64,000 nt of DNA from Lingula anatina (lineage: Eukaryota > Animalia > Brachiopoda): NCBI GenBank assembly GCA_051362555.1, contig CM120647.1, forward strand, positions 12,438,651 to 12,502,650, read 5' to 3'. Below the pieces are notes generated by a model. It worked only from the letters and a program-made list of their open reading frames with translations, ran no database searches and was not told where the DNA came from. How positions within the stretch are numbered: position 1 is the stretch's first letter; the number at the start of each line of letters is the position of its first letter. The translations under genes were made by a program, and so were the position numbers. Of the stretch, positions 52,601-64,000 are shown piece by piece.

Positions 52601-53941
52601 AAAAGTGCCATGGATATTCATCCTGCTCCTTTAATATATGATCCATCTTTAACAGTCCAATTAATAATTGACAGAGATGGCATTCAAACAGGTTGCTATA
52701 ATTTGTATTGCAACTAATGAACAAGTACAGCCAGTTTTGCTTATTACTATCATAATCAGACTGTCATAGGAACAAAAAAGAAGTAACTTTTTTTTTAATT
52801 TAATATTTACTGTCTGATATACAATAATAAGTAATAAATAAAGTGAACTTGGTCAATAAATTACTATATCACTTTAAGTAACATGTAAATTATACTGGCA
52901 TACACAGAATACAATCTTACCTTGCTTCAAACTGCTTGATGCCATTAGGAGAGACGGGTGACCCCACCGCCAAGAGACGGGGTGATAAATCTCCTGGGGA
53001 AAGACAAGCAAACATAGCTCCATTAATAATTGAACAGTAAAGGAGGCAAACATATCATGGTCACTGTGGTGCTGACCATACGGTGAAGCTGGTAAATATA
53101 CAGATACCAAACACTTATTACACTCATCTGGTAAACGTACTGACACTAAAAAAAGCAATATTGTTGAATCAGACAACAAAAATGGCAATGTACAGATATC
53201 AAAGAAAAATTATTGTACATACCAGATGGTTACAGTACAAAATGGCAAATAAACAGAAATTAAAAAAAATAAAATAAAATAAATAAATAAATAAATAATA
53301 ACAATAATATTAAAAATAAATAAAAACATGTCTGTACAAAGGTAAATGTTTGCGTACCTCCGTGATGGTAGTGTGTTTTGATTGGTCCATCATACATAGC
53401 GCTGTGGAACGTCTGTCTTATGTCTTCCTGCGTCTGGTATTTCTGCATCTGCATAGTGTGGGTCAACGCCATATAACGCTTGTAACGAGCCTCCTCAGAC
53501 AACTAAGAGCAGACCAATGAATGATTTTATCATGTGACATACTGCAAACCTTACTTCATATTCTACACGTTCCAATTTGGTAAATTTGGTTACATTTTGT
53601 CATAAACCCACTGACATGCAGGGAAACAGTGAATCAATTCAATATGGCAGTCAACTATAATATGGCCTACTAAATAATTAAACCTAAACTCACATAATAA
53701 GACTCCTTTTGTCTTTCTTCTTCCATTCGCTTCCTCATGTCTGACATGCGCTAAAATAAGTACGAGAATGACGTGAATGAAAAACATGGGTTGTCTCAAG
53801 AAATTGCAGTTTATATTTTGAAAAAAATTCTTAAATTTATTCTTATCCTTCCTTCACTCTTTTACCTTCTTCAGTGTCACTTTATTTCCCTACACAATTC
53901 TACATACACACATACCCCTCCCAACAATACAGATTTGAGCA

Positions 53942-53997
<56 letters not shown>

Positions 53998-56900
53998 TCA
54001 TTTCATGCTTGATCCCTGGAGCTTTTAATAGTCTTGGTTCCTCAAATTCCAATCCCTAGAATGCAAGCACAATTTCCCACACCACCATACACAAACATGC
54101 ATGCATGCACAAACACACAGAAACAAGCATGCACGCACACACACAATAATCTACCTTGGCGGCTCTTTCAGAGCACCTTTCCTGAGAGAAACATGGTATC
54201 CCTCCGTTACTCCTGCCCTCGTATCTGTTGATAAACAGAGGCCCTGACTTCACCTTGACTGGCCTGGCAGAGGAGGCGGAGGAGGGGGCCTGAAGGGGGT
54301 TGAGCTGGAACAAAAAAAAACAGGTGTCTGGTGAAAAAATGGTACTCATGGCAATTATACAGAGATGAAACATATTACCTTTTTGAAAAATAAATTGTAA
54401 CAAAAAAATTAATATTGACTGTCTGTTATTCTTTAAACATATAGAGGCCGTGAATTTAAATAAACACCATCTGTTTGATAGCATTCTATTCTAATATTTC
54501 AATTAAATTTTCAAGCAGGTTTCATTTACATTTATATTCATATTAAAAAAGCTCCAATAAAAATATTCCAATTTGTAAATTGATAAAGAATGCAAGTATC
54601 ATTATTAACAATCCTATTCATCTGAATAAAATTATCAAACAATTTGTGCAAACTTCTACTATAAAACTGTGCTGAAATTAAAATTCTGATAAAAATATTG
54701 TGAATTTTGCTCATACAAAGATATACACACTCATTCAACCAAAGTTCATGCAAAAAACTTACGAAACAGTAAAAAAATCTGTGAAAATGCAAAAGTCCTT
54801 TTTGCATGATTGTGCAAAAAGCAGATCCAAAAAAAGCACATAAATAACAGAACTGCTTTTAGGGGATTCCAAAAGCACAAATAATAAAACTATCAATGAA
54901 AAATGAATATCAGACTGACATGGCTACCAAAAATTAATAATAATAATAATACAAATTTAATCTAAAACAATAATAACAATCAAAACAAGTGTTCAAAGGG
55001 CTATCTGTTGTAATCAAAAATGATGATATAATGTTTATAAACTAAAATTTAGTATAAAAACTTACTGCAAATCAATAATAATGTATTCTGAAAAAGAAAT
55101 GGCCCCATTTTTTTTTTTTTGTAATCATATTCGAGAAATGTTGGATCCATCTTTCCACATATTAACCAGTTCTCTACCGACACTGAGAAACATCCTAGAA
55201 CTCTTCAACTAAACAATGTCATTTGGACATGTCATTTTCATCCTCAAACCTAGACATCAGATTAGTCTGTCCCTGATAGTTGAATCCATGTCTAGGCTGT
55301 GAATGACTGGATGCGATATAGTCCACCACAGAAATGCCTTGTCCTCAGAATGCTTATAAGCAGCTCCAACTCTCTGCAGGGAACACATGTATTATAAGCT
55401 ACATGCAATTCCAGTTCTGTATGGGAAACATGTACTATGTTATATAAGATACAGGCAGTTTCAATTCCATATGGGAAACATGTACTGTGTTATATGAGAT
55501 ACAGGCAGTTTCAATTCCATATGGGAAACATGTACTGTGTTATATGAGATACAGGCAGTTTCAATTCCATATGGGAAACATGTACTGTGTTATATGAGAT
55601 ACAGGCAGTTTCAATTCCATATGGGAAACATGTACTGTGTTATATGAGATACAGGCAGTTTCAATTCCATATGGGAAACATGTACTGTGTTATATGAGGT
55701 ACAGGCAGTTTCATTTCTGTACAGGGGACATGTATACAATATACGAGCTACATGCAATTCTAGTTATGGATGGAGAACATATTTTGATGTAATATATTTT
55801 CTGCAAACTTGTATGATTATAATTCACTGTCAGCACTGCTGCAACTATTTACTTCACCATCTCCAACCAGAAAGACTACTCTTGGTTTCACTGGTGCCCT
55901 GTTAGGTAGCTCCTTCTTTTTTTTCTTTTCTTTTGAAGTCCTATTGCTTTTAGATATATGAGGAGCAAGTGTGGATATATCCAAGTTTGAATTGGATAAG
56001 TGCATATCTGGGCTTTCAGTACAAGCCGCTGCTCTTCTCAGGGCACACTCTTCTGCAAAAGATCCACGTCTTCTTCCATCTTTCCACCTGAGGACACTAC
56101 CATCCAAGACAGGCTTGCATGGAGGCACAGCAGAGTCAAGAGATTTAGACTTGGTCTTGTCTTGTTTGAGAGAGGCCAGTTTGGGATGGATGCTAGCTGT
56201 TTCCCTTTGCATCTCCTGTAAATCAACACCTGTCAAAATGCTTGGTTCAGAGCTATGCCTGTGTAATTGATTTTTTACACCACTTAAATCAACAGAAGAA
56301 CGAGTTTTTATACTTTTACGATCAGAAGCACCTCCCTGTAACTTAGTTTTTGCAGCTGCAAAATGCTGAAAATTAAACCCTGGAGGCACACGCCAGGTTC
56401 CCCCGTTTCCTCTATCTGGAAACATTGTGAAGACTTTCTGATGTAGCACAGAGAGGGAGGTATCAATGTTAGTAAATCTTGCGGCTGATGAAGACATGCG
56501 GTCTTGTTGCGCCATGTGGTCATAGGCAAGCTGCAAGCCTACGATCTAAATGCAGAAAAGACAGAAAAAAGAAGGTTTTCTAAGTTAGTAACTGTTAAAA
56601 CAATCAGCTAAACAAATCTAATGTTAATACTACAAAGCTCTTATATCATGTTTACAATATGTATATAAAGGCCAAGAAGATTTGGTGTGTGGTATTTTAT
56701 TCCTTCTTACAACAACATGCATAGCTTTCAATGTACACTATCATGCTACATGCATAGATTAACTGAAAGAATTTCACTTCTTTAAGAGCATACACGCATG
56801 TAAGCCAATTAACTCAGCTTTAAAGAAAAAATCAATTTATAAAAAGCTTAAAAGAATGGGTATTTTCATATGGTAAGAACATCGAACAGATGCTGCAATG

Positions 56901-59900
56901 TGGTACTGGAGCATGATGAAGCACCCTATATGCTATCAAACAGAGTCGCCTGATGACATCACTCAGACTATCACCAGTTCTAGTCGATAACCACATACAA
57001 TTTCAGATAAAGCCACAGCATAGAAATGCACTTATAGCAATCTGGTCTCTGACTAGTGAAGTGCACCTAGTCAAAAAAAAAAGTCTTCCTTTTCTTTTGT
57101 CAACATAAAATAATGGTTATTCTACCAAAATGCTAAGCATGCCATAATATGTTTGAGGAAAATACAAAATGTTTTATCTTTTTTTCTTTCTGCAAAAAGA
57201 TGAATGGTAATTTTAGCCAAATATTTACAGACTATAATGCAGCTTAGTGAAAAGTAAAATATTTCACCATTTTCTTTTATTTCAAAAATGATTTGACTAA
57301 AATTTGTCAACCATTTGGCTGGAATAACATCCTAGAGAGAGCCCAGATAAAGAGTAGCCAGCTGTATAAGAACGTGAAGCCAACTTAAAGGCAAAACTAT
57401 CATGGCTATACAGACCTTTCTTAATGCTGCCATGAATAAGTAATATTGGTGGAATATCTATGAGACATCTATGTACAGCAGAAAGGGTGGTTAAAAAAGA
57501 AGAGATGAAAAAACAAATCAGTCTTCAATCTAAACACTCAGATATTTGAATCTATAGATTTCTACAAGAAAAGTCTACAACTATTAGGAACAAAAATGTA
57601 TTAAAGAATAAAAAGCAATACCTGTTCAGTAAAATGTTTTATATATTATTAATATATATCATTATAATATAATGCTTAAAAATGTCTGGTAAATTTTAAG
57701 AAACTGGTCATCCCTACAAAAACAGTGATAACAATTTTATACTTGATCATAATTTGAGAATGACGGGGGGAAAATGAAAAACCATCATTCTTAAAAAGTC
57801 AGATGTTATACAGAATTAAGGAATACAGAAACAAATCTCAAAGAAATCAGAAAAAAAAAATCTTCTGAATAAAAAATGTTTCACTAAAAAGGGAAAGATA
57901 AAATCCACATCTAGTTAAAATTCAAGTATCTCTTCAATGGACAACTTGGACATCAAAAGATATTAAATTAGACACGTCTAACTTGCACCCAAAATACTGG
58001 ATTCAGACATTAAAATCAACCTTCATTTTCACTTCTGAGTTTCCTTCAGCAGACTGCAGCCTCGGCTTTTGGGTTTCGTAAACAAACTTCTCATTCCCAT
58101 GATTCACCTGGGGAATCTCCACCATATAACTGTGCCTCCACTGACGGTTCTCCTTTTTTGGAGATTTGAAAGCAACATCTTGTCGCGACAGGGCGAGGAA
58201 AGGTTTTGCAGACGGTAGGGGTGGTGCAGGGGTTGATATTTCAGATCCAAGCGGTTTTAAAGCAGCGATCAGTTCTGAGCTTTCGCAGGCTTCTTGGGCG
58301 TAAAGTTCAAGGTCATCGTCACTGTCACATGACTCTACAGTGATTAGTGGGACAGTGATTGGTCGTGTGGGCTTTGCCGTAGGTTCAGAGTGACGACGAA
58401 GGTGCTAAGTGAATAACATCAGGTATATTGCAAATATCCAAAAGACAATATGATAATACCATCTGTACAGGAATCTGTACATCAAATGTTGTTCATATAC
58501 ATCAGTATACATGTATAAATCAATATATGTGTCTATTTTACATTCACAGTAACTAGCATTGATTCAACCAGAAGCTATTTTCAACATATAACATCACTTT
58601 ACATGATCAAAATCATAAATATTTTGCAAAGAACAATGATCATATTCAGACTTAAATATTCTATTAGCTAACTATATGACCTTTAACCAGCTGAAAAAAT
58701 TAATCCAATCTTGTCTGTTAAAGCAAGTGTCACTTGAAAAAGCAAACACTGCACAATTTGTATTAATCAATTATTGGCTTTTCATTTAAAACATTCATCT
58801 AGCTTTTAGCTAAAATTATTACTATTTTTTTCAAATCAAAAACAAAAAAGTTATTTGCAGTATGCCAACAATGCCTCAATAAAACCATCAACAATTAGTT
58901 TCTTGTAATATTATGTCAATATTATGTAAGATGAAAATGAGATGAGTGCTTCAATGCATATTGACAACTTCACGTTAGAACTTCATACATATTACATTAG
59001 CCTCTATGACATGCATTTCCACAAGGCAATACCATGCAGTTAGCGTATCATGCGCACTCATTAGCATACACAAACAGGCATGAATTGAAAACACGAGTTA
59101 TACAGGCACACATGCATGCACACACAAGCATCCACCTTTCTGGACCGTTTAAGCTTATCATCCGCGGGTTCACCCGCCGCATTCAGCTCGTATTTCTTGC
59201 AAAGCGCAAACGGCAATACCTGCTTCTTGGAGCGTTTCACCTCGTCTGCACTGTTACGAGGCGTGTGAATAGCCGGAAGCGCCTACAAGAAAGGAGAAAC
59301 AAAGGTGACATCTAGGGAGCGTTAAATGAATTAAGAGCTGGTAATCTGTATCTCCTTACTGAGCTCATTGTTCAATGTAGCATGGTTTTCTTTGGACACC
59401 AACTGACAATAAAATTGTTTTCAACTAAAATATAGTGCCTTTTTTGGTGAGTGCCAAAATTAAACCAAGGTAGTGTGAGCACAGTAATATCAACTTCAGA
59501 CTATTAGATAGTTAGGTAGTTAATATTTCAATTATTTAAAAGATCAACTGGTAAGATCTAAAATGAAACAATTAGGTCTAAGAAATCCATTTAGTAAATG
59601 ATATCAAACAAAGACTGCATTCAAATTATCTGTCTATAGAAAACAGCAGATGAAATTTCCATTCGTTCTACAATTATACACCTCTAACAGTGTACTATAT
59701 AACTATAATAAATATACATAACAATCACAATGTTACTAAACAGTTTTAAGTTTGCGACATGTCAACTAGACACGTGTTACATATTCTAGTTACTGGTTAT
59801 CATTTGCAGACCACATCCACAACAGCGAACTAACAGATTTACAGATCAAATATGGTGACCCACTCAAAACCTTGTTGCATAACCGTAATAGACACTGAAC

Positions 59901-62900
59901 AGATTCCCTGTAGGGATAAAGTGACAAGCACTTAAGTGGGTTGGTCATATTTGATCTGAGGATCTGTTAGTCTGTTGTTGTGAATGCGGCCTTGGTTTTA
60001 CTAGTAATAATCAAAGAAATAACTAATCAACTATCATGATACTGAATTTAATTCAACAGTTAGATCTAGCACACTAAAACCTGAACTGGTTATAAATAGT
60101 GACATTCACAACCAGAGCAATTCAGATCTGAAACTGCCCAAAGACAGCAGGTTTTAATTGAACTGATAGTGAACACGACTGCAAGATCTTACACCTGCCA
60201 GTGTAGAGATGGATGGAAATTGGAAATAACAAAATATTTATAAGCCTTTTCATTGATGAGTTGTTAACAACTAGGTATGAGATATTGACAATAGAATCCT
60301 GATCATGCTCAAGAGGAACTAGGGTAAATGCTATGACATGCTTTTAGGCTAACAAGAAAAGTGTCAAAGGAATTAATAGAGGAGAGTCTGCCTGAATCCA
60401 TATCTTCATTCATTCCGTCATCCAAGAAATTCTTCAGAAATTGTTGAACAGTGTTCAAGTACTGCTCATTACAACCTGCAAGGACAAAACATGGAAATGA
60501 ATGTAATAATGACGTTTGTTTTTTCCCCAAAACTTACTGCACTCTTAGGCCTGTCAAACTCGACCACAGACTTTGTCTTCTTTCTGCTCTCGGGGATCAC
60601 TTCAGGGGTGAGATTCTTGGGGCGGTGGAAACTTTCTTTTTGTTTCTTGGATTTCCTCTTTTTCTTCTTCTTCGGCTTGGGTTCTTTGACTGGTGGGACT
60701 TCAGGATCGTCTGACTCTGAATCACTATCACTGGACCTGTAGAAAAAATATAAGATATTGTGAGGCTGCATTCAAAACCAAAGTTGATCGATGAACTAAG
60801 AAACTAAGAAGATCAAATATGGCTGACCTACTGGAAAACTTACCGCCTAATCCCCATGGAAATCTATTCAGTGTCTATTAGGGGTTTATGTGCAGCAACT
60901 TGTTCTAAATGCCTAAAGTGTATGTGTACAGAGAGAGAGAGAGAGAGAGAGAGAGAATCAACCCTTACTCTGATTCATTGACTAGCTCGTTGACCTTCAG
61001 CTGTTCCAATAAGTGGATACACCCATCTATTGTATCAGAGGTCATGTTCTCTATTAGCTCATCGACATTCATTTTAGCAACGTCTTTCTCATCTTTATCC
61101 CTCAGGTTGATGTCGCTTGGAGAGGCGGGTTTCTTGGATTTGGCACTCTGATCTGCCCTTTCCTCTTTGGTTATCATGGCAACTATAGCATCCGTGATTT
61201 TCTGGAAACCCTGTTTCTTAGCATCTGAATTTGAAGATATATTATTATCATTATTATTTTTTTTTTTTTTTTGACAAAAATTTCCTGATAAAAGTAAGCT
61301 AACGGTCTGAAAGTTTTTTGGCTTTTTTGGCTTTGATAATTATCATTTATGATCCAACTACCAAGCTAATGAACATTTTTGTTCCTCATAAATTTATATT
61401 TTTAATTAAATCCATGAAGAAAAATGTTTCTCAAATTAGTATGCCATGCTCAGTGTATTTGATGAATACCTTTTTTGAAGAAAAAAATCACCGATTGATA
61501 TAAATTCAAAAAGTAAAAAGAAAAATAACAAATATGTTAGTCTGGCAGATGTACCAAAAACTAAATCTGACCTATATATAAGAAATAAAAATGCTCCTTA
61601 CAGCAAAAACTGTAATACTCACCCTCACCACTGCCGTTCTCAACCGTGCCACCCCTTGGTGACAATAGAGGGAGCTGTTGTGGCAGCATGCCACGGCTCT
61701 CCAAGATCTGGTGAGTGAGTTCTCGCGTCAGCTCCAAGATAATCTCTGATTGCTTGCTAAAAATACAGGGAGAGTAAAGCATGTTAAGTGTAAGATGACA
61801 GATGTGTTTAGTGTGATAATGATTAATGAATCCAAATAACAAGATGGTTAGGACACAAGAAAAACAAACAAATAAACAGAACAAACAAACAAATAAATAA
61901 ATAAAATGTTTAGAAAGTGGATCAAACTTTGTGAAGGAGAGAATAAAAATTGCCTTCCCGATTTTTAAATAAAATACCAATATTTATCACATTATCACAT
62001 ATCTTACACTGTACCTCTAATTTTGCTATTTCAGTAGTTGTCTCAGAACCTCTCTTATCTATTTTACATGTAAAATAATAAGCAATCAAATCCCCATACA
62101 CTACCCCTTATTTTGCTGTAGTTGTTCATACTCCAGAACCTCTCAAAACTCTTTCACACATAAAAAAGTGAGGTTACAAAACCCCATACACTATCTCTGA
62201 TTTTGTTGTAGTTATTCATACTCCAGAACCTCTCTTAACTATTTTACACATAAAGAGTAAGCAATCAAATCCCCATACAGTACCTCTTATTTTGCTGTAG
62301 TTATTCATACTCCAGACTGAGAACCTCTCTTAGCTATAATTTTACACATAAAGAGTATTAGCAATCAAACCCCCATACAGTACCTCTTATTTTGCTGTAG
62401 TTGTTCATACTCCAGAACCACCTGACAGAAAACGTCCCCCATCTCCATGAAGTCAGACTGGTCGAAGTGCCGCGGATTGTGACTGAAAGATATATTTCAC
62501 AGGAATTGGTTAATGAGATGAAAAGTGTGGTCTTACAATGCATTCAGAACAGGTGATCTGCGGACTAACTGATCCAGTGACTAAATATGGCCAACCTGAT
62601 TAAAAAGCAAGCTGTCCTAATCCCCTGATGGTCTCTCTGACCGCATTCACATCGAGTTGAGCCATGGCTCTACAAAGCCACAAACTAAATATGGCGGACG
62701 TACATGAAAGGAAAACCGCCTAATCTTTTAATAGTCTCTCCGCCTCTCACACACCTCCCGATGTGTCATCCCAATGGAGCCGAGATTTAATGACTGTACC
62801 CCGCAGGGATGACGCATGGGGAGGCGTGTGAGAGGTGGAGAGACTAAAAGATTAGGCGGTTTTCCTTTCATGTACGTCCGCCATATTTAGTTCGTGGCTT

Positions 62901-63363
62901 TGTAGAGCCATGGCTCAACTCGATGTGAATGCGGTCTCTGTCTCCACACACACACACCATAAAATGGATTAAATCTCAGCCTCAAGTTTAAATTGGCAGT
63001 CTCTGTAGCCTGAGAAGGCCTCTATGGTGAAGCTACTGGATATCTTACACCATATCGTATGGGAGGACCTCTCAAAATACCGCCAAAGGTGGATCTCTAA
63101 GACATTATGAATGCTGTTTTGTTCTACTCACTGAAGTGCTCTTATGTTCTACTCACTGAGTAATGGCAGTCCCTGAGAAAGTGGCTTCCATGGTGAAGCT
63201 ATTGGATATGCTGTATTGCCTGTACATCACCACACGTCCTGTGGCCTCCTTGCAGCGACGAATGTGAAACTTGCACGAGTTGAAGAAAAATTTTCCTGAA
63301 GCCTGGCAAGAATGGAATTCAAAACAACTTATGATTAATTCAATAAAAAAAAAATCAATATAA

Positions 63364-63422
<59 letters not shown>

Positions 63423-63747
63423 CAAGGGGGCTAATGCTGAATAAATATTTCTCAATTAGAGAGTGTACTCTTTACTAAACAAGTTTTTCCTATATAGTAC
63501 TCTTTAACAAAACACACCTTTTTTAACAAAAGACCAGGTAGATGAGCATCAAACAAATTCTCTCAAGGCATGGGAGCAGCATTTTGTTTGGGATTAAAAA
63601 CTTACATACCTTATTAGACATGAGCCATGGCAGCATCCTCTCCTGAAGGAATGCTTTCATGTTAGCTGCATTTTCTGGATTGCTACAGCCGTACATGAAC
63701 ACATTAGACTTCCGACTGTGTCCATGTAAATCACAGTATATAAGAAT
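46623..63747 (-). CDS. Cytosolic carboxypeptidase 2/3-like (AGBL2/AGBL3, M14 tubulin deglutamylase family); 3' portion only, 5' exons lie beyond the window
   Basis: Catalytic exons 63747-63610 ([18 protein letters not shown], zinc-ligand His), 63302-63157 ([28 protein letters not shown], catalytic Glu) and 62482-62384 ([15 protein letters not shown]). Phase-compatible tail exons: 61756-61623, 61224-60969, 60736-60538 ([19 protein letters not shown]), 59282-59136, 58404-58108 (or 58021), 56545-55853, 54304-54155 ([16 protein letters not shown]), 53750-53694, 53502-53358, 52993-52921, 51962-51765, 48308-48152, 47433-47239, 46679-46623 (stop). Tail exon boundaries are less certain than the catalytic ones. 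Confidence 0.85.
47045..47229. mobile_element. MITE family A copy
   Basis: ggctgcattcacagc...gatcaaatatggccgacc...gccatatttgatcc...tgttgtgaatgtggc; ends ~9 nt from the CCP exon donor at 47238. Confidence 0.8.
47955..48180. repeat. Tandem array (~45-50 nt period) derived from a CCP exon 3' end plus donor
   Basis: Repeated ataactgaccttgactgaggggtcattgacctttga variants. Confidence 0.75.
49528..49735. mobile_element. MITE family A copy
   Basis: ggcctcattcacagcc...ggatcaaacatggccgacc...gccatatttgatt...tgtgaatgcggcc. Confidence 0.8.
49788..49954. mobile_element. Short degenerate inverted-repeat element
   Basis: aaactcagggt / accctgagttt, with inner cagatgaccaaattat / ataatctggtcacctg. Confidence 0.45.
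50865..51031. mobile_element. Second, more diverged copy of the CAGGGGCGGATCC MITE (inverted relative to 4804-4971)
   Basis: Ends ccggatctgcccctg. The internal gtcggaagacagtcaaaaat matches the reverse complement of the first copy. Confidence 0.7.
51504..51731. mobile_element. Palindromic (hairpin) MITE, ~230 bp
   Basis: The arm cattgtaccagctgg...gagggagttctc...gcttaaatgtcttacatgcctcc pairs with ggaggcatgtcagacaattaagc...gagaatccctca...ccagctggtataatg. Confidence 0.75.
52151..52388. mobile_element. MITE with ~20-bp TIR
   Basis: acttaaacccgaaagactt / aagtcctattcgggtttaagt. Confidence 0.6.
55374..55780. repeat. 50-bp minisatellite, ~6 near-identical units plus degenerate flanks
   Basis: Unit atgggaaacatgtactgtgttatatgagatacaggcagtttcaattccat starts at 55421, 55471, 55521, 55571, 55621 and 55671. 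Confidence 0.95.
59808..59992. mobile_element. MITE family A copy
   Basis: gaccacatccacaacag...gatcaaatatggtgacccac...gtgggttggtcatatttgatc...tgttgtgaatgcggcc. Confidence 0.8.
60763..60900. mobile_element. Truncated MITE family A copy
   Basis: aggctgcattcaaaacc...gatcaaatatggctgacc...aatctattcagtgtctattagggg; right arm missing. Confidence 0.6.
62003..62420. repeat. Tandem array (~90-100 nt, 5 copies) of a CCP exon 3' end plus donor
   Basis: ccccatacagtacctcttattttgctgtagttgttcatactccagaacc is repeated, with divergence increasing away from the exon. Confidence 0.9.
62639..62936. mobile_element. Young, near-perfect palindromic MITE (298 bp) with family A-like ends
   Basis: The arm gaccgcattcacatcgagttgagccatggctctacaaagccac...ggaaaaccgcctaatctttt is almost exactly inverted at the right end. 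Flanked by tct on both sides (possible 3-bp TSD). A partial family A copy lies just upstream (62540-62630). Confidence 0.9.
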
Positions 63748-63838
63748 CTGAAAGCAGAGATTTGATTAGTAATACTAACAGTTCATTGGACTTCCGACTG
63801 TGTCCATGTATATCACAGTATATAGGAATCTGAAAGCA
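63700..63838. repeat. 82-bp tandem duplication of a CCP acceptor plus exon start
   Basis: gacttccgactgtgtccatgta(a/t)atcacagtatata(a/g)gaatctgaaagca occurs twice. Confidence 0.9.
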
Positions 63839-64000
63839 AAGAATTTAAGTGCTACAGTTCATATATTATTATAACAATCTATTTCATTCCTATATTCAGC
63901 TTGGGAACTTTAAACTTCCGTCCAATTTTGAAAGCTCCATTGAAGAGACAATAAATTCAACTAGTCTTTTAACTATTAAACTCCCAATTAATCAGGAATT

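Noticed and set aside
55421-55720. CRISPR-like regular array
   Set aside because: The units are contiguous with no unique spacers, and the context is a eukaryotic intron; it is a minisatellite.
60309-60530. Protein-like [23 protein letters not shown]…
   Set aside because: Its frame is incompatible with the phase-0 donor at 60538. In the compatible frame the acceptor gives VVMSST*.

Overview
AT-rich, intron-rich animal genomic DNA. The gene style and repeats suggest an invertebrate, possibly a mollusc or other lophotrochozoan (inference only). Five spliced protein-coding genes were rebuilt by hand from splice sites and reading-frame continuity. (1) A minus-strand ankyrin-repeat + SAM-domain gene, about 610 aa (8791-13249). 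(2) SMNDC1/SPF30, head-to-head with it on the plus strand, 241 aa (14121-18687). (3) A 16-exon SLC5A8/SMCT-like sodium:solute symporter, 603 aa (25264-37067), with one GC-AG intron. (4) A 2-exon orphan class A GPCR, tail-to-tail with the symporter, 422 aa (37975-40895, minus). (5) The 3' part of a CCP2/3 (AGBL2/3)-like cytosolic carboxypeptidase with a very long tail that may be alternatively terminated (46623-63747, minus). Introns hold many MITE-like inverted-repeat elements and microsatellites. The most unusual signal is a recurring set of tandem duplications anchored on exon-intron junctions ('splice-site echoes'): at least 8 junctions, all in the two CpG-poor minus-strand genes. These leave arrays of decoy donor and acceptor sites next to the real ones.
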